DNA of 42,926 nucleotides from Octopus bimaculoides (taxonomy: Eukaryota): contig NC_068984.1 in NCBI RefSeq assembly GCF_001194135.2, forward strand, positions 75,696,013 through 75,738,938, read 5' to 3'. The notes beneath the pieces are model-generated. The model saw only the letters and a list, made by a program, of their open reading frames with translations, searched no databases and had not been told where the DNA came from. Positions within the stretch are counted from its first letter, which is position 1. Each line of letters opens with the position of its first letter. The position numbers and the translations under genes were made by a program. Of this stretch, positions 36,256 to 42,926 are shown in pieces.

Positions 36256-36753
36256 GTTTTTTTGCTGTTAAAAGAGACAAGGTTGGCTTGGCCCCACTGG
36301 TGGATGCTTACAATGTTCCCGTTTACTAAGTCAATACAGGTTTGGCATGTGATGTGTAGGATGCATGTGAGCGATGCATAGTTAGCGAACGTTAAAGAGG
36401 AATGAAGTGTTGTGTTATATGTATAATAGTAGGCTTCAACGAATGTGATGCCAAGTAGGTATTTTGATGTATAGAAGAGAGTAGAGGTGGAAAGCTTAAC
36501 CTCGGGGAACACCAGAGTAGATTGAGAATGGGGTAGAGAGAGAACTCCGTCAAGGCATGTCGCAATGATACGATCTGATAGGAAAACACCCATCCAAAAG
36601 ATGAAGGGTGGGTGGGACTTTGTTGATGTCTAGAATTAAAACATTGTTTTCACCGAACTTCTTAAAGTGAGGGGGCCACTGGTATGCGACATAACAGAGT
36701 ATGCCTCTGATTTGTCTGTCTCTACCGAAGCCGCACTTGTGGCCACTGAGGAG
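36256..36753 (-). mobile_element. CR1/L2-type LINE reverse-transcriptase remnant
   Basis: Minus-strand pieces LLSGHKCGFGRDRQIRGILCYVAYQW..FKKFGENNVLILDINK, FLSDRIIATCLDG, YTYNTTLHSSLTF (YADD decayed) and WGQANLVSFNSKKT match the QYGFR / LDISKAF / FLSGR...DG / YADDSTLHSS / W...N...FN..KT order of CR1/L2 RT. Confidence 0.8.
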
Positions 36754-36802
36754 GGAGAAGGAGAGGGAGAGAGGGAGAGAGAGAGAGAGAGAGAGAGAGT
36801 GC

Positions 36803-36845
<43 letters not shown>

Positions 36846-37342
36846 TGGCAGGCAGGCAAACAGACATTCAAAATAATGGAGAACGCCGCTGTTAATGGCG
36901 TTCCTCCATTATCTCGGTTAAGCCTGCCACGTCGCACCAATGCCTATCCCAACACGAGGAAGATTTGAATTCTGCACCGTGTTTGTCCAACATTGCAATT
37001 CTTGCTACCAACTAAGAAGACTGGTTATTTAAGTGTAAAAGTTTTCTTGGCCATGGATGCTGTGCAATATCGATGTAAGGGATGTGATTGTTGACCGCTC
37101 GCCTGGAACAAATATTTGGACATAAAATATCAGATGATCTCTCATCTTTCATGGTGACCTTACATCCATTACATTACCAAAGATGCATCACAAAAACTTG
37201 GATTGGAGCCCTGATCAATTGCCAATCCTTTATAAAGCTAAAATAAGCTCCACAGCCAAATCGTACTTACTATCAAAGATACAGAACTTTATTAATTGTT
37301 GCAATCTCGTTTATCTCGCATTTATTCATTTATTTTCTTTTT

Positions 37343-37425
<83 letters not shown>

Positions 37426-37427
<2 letters not shown>

Positions 37428-37808
37428 GGCGGTGAGCTGACAGAATGGTTGTTAGCAAATGCTTAGTGGCATTTCTTCCTTTTTACGTTCTGAGTTCAAA
37501 TTCCGCCGACGTCGACCTCTTTCATCCTTCGGAGGTCAATAAGATAAGTACCAGCTGATCACTGGTATCGATGTAATCGATCTCTCTCCACTCAAAAAAT
37601 TGCTGGCATTGCGCCTAAAGTGGGAACAAATATTTAAGGCGGTGAGCTGGTAGGATCGCTAGAGCATCGTATCTCACCGAACTCGACTTGAGCTTTCATT
37701 CTTTCAGGGTCGATAAAATAAGTACCAGTCAAGCACTGGAGTCAATAGTATCGACTTAGCCCTCACCCTGAAATTACTGGCCTTCTGCTAAAAATTGAAA
37801 CCGTTATC
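37426..37808 (+). mobile_element. Two tandem SINE family B copies (37426-37635, 37636-37808)
   Basis: Both start AAGGCGGTGAGCTG; both carry the central TTTCAT.CTT..G.GTC.ATAA.ATAAGTACCAG domain; the second has an internal deletion. Confidence 0.85.
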
Positions 37809-37816
37809 AAAATACC

Positions 37817-38307
37817 TTCTTCTGTCTAGCGGTTATGGAGAAAGAGGCTGTGTGGTGGACGAGGCTGAAAGGGTTGTTGAGAGACGCCTTCCTCTTGAGT
37901 CATGTTCTCAACGACTTTTTTAAGTTCCACTTGGAAATGAAAGTGAGGGTGGAAAGGGAAGTGCTACATCCCAGTGAATTTATTAAGAGATGAGTGACTG
38001 TGGTAAAAAGGGTTAGAATGAATAAACACTTGTAAACTGGAGAGCATGAGAGAGAGGGTTTGTGCTTTTGGTGGTCAGGGTAATCCTGGATCTGTGGGGT
38101 TATTTAACTGGCTCAAGTTGGAGTTTCTCTTGTATCAGGAGAACTGCATCATTCTCGTTTATCTCATACTTTGAATGTTATGTTTATCGCATCTCAGTTT
38201 TTTTTACCATTTCTTTCTTCCCATTCTTTATGTAAATCCCCACACAAATTGTTGTCTGTCACTGTGATGTCCCGCCTCATCTGTGCCTCTGTACCTAATA
38301 AAAGAAA
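37817..38307 (+). mobile_element. L1/Tx1-like LINE 3' end (ORF2 C-terminus, 3' UTR, polyA signal)
   Basis: FFCLAVMEKEAVWWTRLKGLLRDAFLLSHVLNDFFKFHLEMKVRVEREVLHPSEFIKR*VTVVKRVRMNKHL* (one TGA where W is expected) resembles the Tx1-type ORF2 C-terminus. A T-rich UTR and AATAAA at 38297 follow. Confidence 0.65.
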
Positions 38308-38353
38308 CTATTATTGTTGTTGATGTTGTTGTTGTTGTTATTATTATTATTAT

Positions 38354-38412
<59 letters not shown>

Positions 38413-38765
38413 TCCAACTTCCCATGAATATAATATTTAAAGCAGCTTTAGCTATGAAACATTTGTTACTCTCATTCGTTGGCAATGCTTTGTGTTTGTC
38501 TATTTATACGTCGGAAATACCAGGGCGGAGATTTTCTTCACAATTACACTATAACGCCCTTTTCAGTCAGCAACATCCCACAAAAATTGCTGATGTTGAA
38601 ATATTGTTGCTTAGAACCCTAGTCTGCTCTGACTACGCATAATTATTATCGAAGACATTCATGCCATGTCCATTTTCTTTCCTCACATGTATATTCATTC
38701 CTCCACTTCACTCTCTATTTCGTATCTTATCTAAATTAACTATTGCTTAACCATTTTCTCACACC

Positions 38766-38813
38766 GTCTCCGATGAAGGGATATAATAAATATCCTGGAA
38801 ATAGCTGTAAGGC
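38766..38813 (+). ncRNA. Minimal type I hammerhead ribozyme motif (Penelope-like), partly mutated
   Basis: Stem I GTCT/AGGC; core CCGATGA (U4>C); stem II GGGATAT-AATAA-ATATCCT; GAAA; palindrome-like stem III TAGCTG; GUA cleavage triplet ending at 38809. Confidence 0.6.
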
Positions 38814-39068
38814 CTTCTATTTATAAATATTCTAAAATCTTCACAGCCTTGATTTTTTATCTCATTCTGAAAACAAAAATTTATACGTGNNNNNNNNNNN
38901 NNNNNNNNNNNNNNNNNNNNNNNNNNNNNNNNNNNNNNNNNNNNNNNNNNNNNNNNNNNNNNNNNNNNNNNNNNNNNNNNNNNNNNNNNNNNNNNNNNNN
39001 NNNNNNNNNNNNNNNNNNNNNNNNNNNNNNNNNNNNNNNNNNNNNNNNNNNNNNNNNNNNNNNNNNNN

Positions 39069-39225
39069 ATATATATAAGACGGGCTTCTTTCAGTTACCG
39101 TCTACCAAATCCATTCACAATGCTTTGGTCGGCTTGGGGCTATAGCAAAAAGGGACACTTGCCCAAGGTGCCATGAGCTAAGACCATATGCGATCGGGAA
39201 GCAACCTTCTCACACAGCCACACCT
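39069..39225 (-). mobile_element. SINE family A left arm
   Basis: Plus strand GACGGGCTTCTTTCAGTTACCGTCTACCAAATCC...ACACTTGCCCAAGGTGCC...CACACAGCCAC. Confidence 0.85.
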
Positions 39226-39266
39226 ATATATATATGTGTCTGTGTGTGTCTTTGTATGTCTGTGTG

Positions 39267-39306
<40 letters not shown>

Positions 39307-39933
39307 TGCGTGTTTTTATGTATGTATTTATGTATGTACATCTGCCGTCTAATGACTGAAACAGGTCAATGTATATATGCTGGCACACACGCATATACAC
39401 TCTCACATACATGCTATATTTATGTGTGTGTGCGCACATGCATGTGTGTGTACATGTATGTATGTATGTATGTATGTATCTACGTATGTATGTATATATG
39501 CATGCATGTATACATGTACATATGTCTCCTTTACTGAAAGCCTTAACTGTGAAACATTCTAAACATGTGGAATCTTGTCTGGAAAGACGACGAAACTTTA
39601 GACACTAGTAATTAAATTGGGGTCTATTAGAGACGTTTTAATGGCCATTACTGCTGTTTGTTATGTATGCTGTTTTGTTGCTGTCGCTGTCACGGCTACT
39701 GCTGTTGCTGTTACTATTGTTGTTTTGTTTCTGTTGTTATTGTTGCTGTTGTTGTTGTTCTTCTTCTTCTTCTTCTTCTTCTTCTTCTTCTTCTTCTTCT
39801 TCTTCTCCTTCTTCTTGCTGATGGTTATGAGGAATATAACGATGATAATGATAATGAAGATAATGACAACAATGATGATGATTATGATAATGATGTCGAT
39901 GCTGTTTAAGAAATGTGAATTAGTGAACAAAGC

Positions 39934-40045
<112 letters not shown>

Positions 40046-40124
40046 CGTTGTTGTCTTTGTTGTTTGGGGGGGGGTGAGTAGCAGAGAATTATAACCGTTA
40101 CTGTAGGGGTATGAGTTTTCAGTA

Positions 40125-40290
40125 GTCGTTGTCAGGCACACCTTTATGTTCTGAGTTCAAATCTTCGTGATGTCGACTTTAGATTTCTTTCTCTCTAGAA
40201 TCAGTGAAATAATCGGGATCAATACATTCGACTGGTAATTCTCTCTGCCATAGTTTATGGGTTGTGTCAATGTTAGAAATCAATATTTAT
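40125..40290 (+). mobile_element. SINE family B, very degenerate
   Basis: TATGTTCTGAGTTCAAATC..GATGTCGACTTT...GTTAGAAATCAATATTT. Confidence 0.55.
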
Positions 40291-40799
40291 TGCCGGGCAT
40301 GTTAAATTCATTTGTTTGGAGATTTATTGCAAAAAGATGAGATTTTCATTCGTCAATAGCTTTGCTGTTTCTTGCTCAGCTATCTACGAAGTATTATCAT
40401 CCTCACTGACGAATCCAAAGAGCCTGCACAAAAATTTAATTAATGTAGAATGAAGCAATGCGCCAGTATGTATTCCAACCATTATACATCACAATAACAT
40501 CACAATCATTTCGCATTCATTACATAACCACTACAGATTCACTGCAATCATGAAACAATCATCACACAGCCACTGCATGCTAATTACAATTCTACATCCC
40601 AAATTCCATTTATCACTACAAGATCTCTATACAATCTCTACAAAGGAAATACGCAGTCAGAAACATAGCAAGAAAACAGTATTGTAACACTTACATACTC
40701 TCTATTTATTCTACTTAAGCAGAACACACGGCTACAACCCTGAAATTTATCGTTATTACTGAGCCTAGTATATTCCGTTAAACTTTTATATCGCCCGCA

Positions 40800-41160
40800 C
40801 ACCTGTAACTTTACTCAAAAACTACACTACAAAGGCATGGCTTTTTTTGCAGAGCCAGTAAACAACACTTCTCTATTCATCAGTCGCTGACCTTCTACAA
40901 AACCTCAAATTTGACCCAGATTAATTCCCATACAAGACAAACTCCATGGTGCGTTTAAAGATTAAAAAAAAACCGTCCAGCTAATTGTTGAAAATTTATT
41001 TACTAACACGCGATAACACTTCAGCGTTGTTACTTTCCGTGTCTCCTCTACCGCTTCGCTTCCTCTTCAGGATGCATCACCCTCAAAACCTCACACTAAA
41101 CACGTTCCTACACCCGAATTTTTCTTTCTCGAACTGTAAGCCTTTAGTATTCATTCTGCA
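40800..41160 (+). mobile_element. CR1/L2-type ORF2 post-RT C-terminal remnant
   Basis: Frameshifted pieces GFFCRASKQHFSIHQSLTFYKT/QI*P, KK/.VQLIVENLFTNT and FLSRTVSL*YS match the LGFL.RA..YFS...L.LYK.QIRP / Q..AIRLI / SFF.RT..LWNSL order. Confidence 0.65.
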
Positions 41161-41736
41161 TCCAACTCACCAAATTAGAATGGCATATGGAGGTCATAAA
41201 TGTCACCGCTTCTTAAGACAAACCCTTTCCTTCGTATATGACGAAAGTATATATTTCTCGTATATTTCTTCCAGTATTCCGGTACTTCTTCGTAACAAGT
41301 GAACTAAAGCATAAAGATCCTAAAGATAGAAAATATTTGGGATCTTCATAGTTTCACAAAGACATCAGTGGTATAGATGAAGAGAAATGGATTTTATCAA
41401 GAATAAAGGAATGCGTTTCTAAATGCCTACTCGAACTGTTAAAAATAGCTACCAATTCCCCCTCGTGCTGCGAAGGCAGTCGGTCTCTCTGCTAAAAATA
41501 AAACCTAAATCTCCTCCGAATTAAAATCTTTCTATCTTGAATAAGGAAACGATACATTGGGCAAAGCAGCCTTACGTACGTACGGACGGACGGACGGATG
41601 GATGGATGGATGGATGGATGGATGATGGGTTGGTTGCTTTGTTAGACAGATTTATAGAAAGATAGACAGATACATAGAGAGAGATGGGGAGGGATATAAG
41701 TCAATTCTACACGAAATTCAAATAAACCCCAAGGAA

Positions 41737-41778
<42 letters not shown>

Positions 41779-42339
41779 TATACATATATGCACACACACA
41801 CCATACACATATATTTATATATACACATACACATAGACATACATATATTCATATACTATTCATATACACATGCATCCTTACATACATAATTAAATACATG
41901 CATGCATGCATGTATACATACACACACACACGCACACATACATACATACATACATACATACATACATACATACATACATGTGTATGAATGTGCTTTTCTT
42001 GGAATTTATTTGAATTCCACAAAAAGAAATATTTAACCGCCATTAACAGAGTGACATAAGTTTTCATTGTTAATCATTCGAGACAGCTCCAGATATTTGT
42101 GAATACGTTCATGTTTGCATACACATGAGTGTATGAAGTTATTCCGTAGGTATTTCTATGTGTGCAAATATGCTTTCTGCCATGCTACGTGTACACATAC
42201 CCTTTTAACGTGTCTGTATCCTATGCTCCAGTATGTACTCATGGAAGGGTCTCGTATACTGGTTTAAAATAAAGGTTGTTTGTCTTTAATTTCACATCTG
42301 TAAACTTTTTCTTGAAGAAAGACCTTGTTCGAAACGTTG

Positions 42340-42340
42340 A

Positions 42341-42384
<44 letters not shown>

Positions 42385-42527
42385 CAGAAAGGAAGGAAGG
42401 AAGGAAGGAAGGAAGGAAGGAAGGAAGNNNNNNNNNNNNNNNNNNNNNNNNNNNNNNNNNNNNNNNNNNNNNNNNNAAAGAAGAAGGAAAGAAAGAAAAG
42501 AAAGAAAGAAAGAAAGAAAGAAAGAAA

Positions 42528-42599
<72 letters not shown>

Positions 42600-42652
42600 A
42601 AAAGAAAGAAAGAAATAAAGAAAGAAAGAAAGAAAAAGAAGGAAAGAAAGAA

Positions 42653-42716
<64 letters not shown>

Positions 42717-42734
42717 AGGAAAGAAAGAAAGAAA
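42340..42734. repeat. (AAAG)n/(AAGG)n microsatellite
   Basis: Direct inspection; includes gap 42428-42476. Confidence 0.95.
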
Positions 42735-42926
42735 GGGTTACAGTTTCATGTATAGTTTGTATTAGAGGCAGAACTGCGTTTCAAAATGACAAAAAACATT
42801 TCGGATTAGCACTTAGTATTGTGGATAGTAAGCGACCAAGTGTCGATACTAACGGACAACGATGTCACTAAAAACTTAGTCAGTCACTTACTTTAATTGC
42901 AACTATCATCACCCTACCATCTCAGC

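Overview
AT-rich, repeat-dense, essentially non-coding eukaryotic DNA from a gapped draft assembly (16 N-gaps, about 6.1 kb). The SINE families and extreme microsatellite density most resemble an octopod cephalopod (Octopus-like); this is an inference, not a database match. No host gene is confidently identifiable. The long ORFs in the track are artefacts of N-runs or simple repeats. Supported content: two abundant tRNA-derived SINE families (A: CORE-like with an internal microsatellite; B: Meta-like), a third head/core with swapped tails (C/D/F), a complete hAT MITE with an 8-bp TSD, a doubly deleted mariner relic, Helitron termini, CR1/L2-type and L1/Tx1-type ORF2 remnants, and a Penelope-type minimal hammerhead ribozyme motif. 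Best second-look items: a micro-inversion with an inverted duplication inside one SINE (3648-4660), the hammerhead motif (38766-38813), a covarying stem-loop module shared by SINE families A and B, a circularly permuted SINE-B array (13393-14355), and a weak splice-signal cluster (33074-33624).
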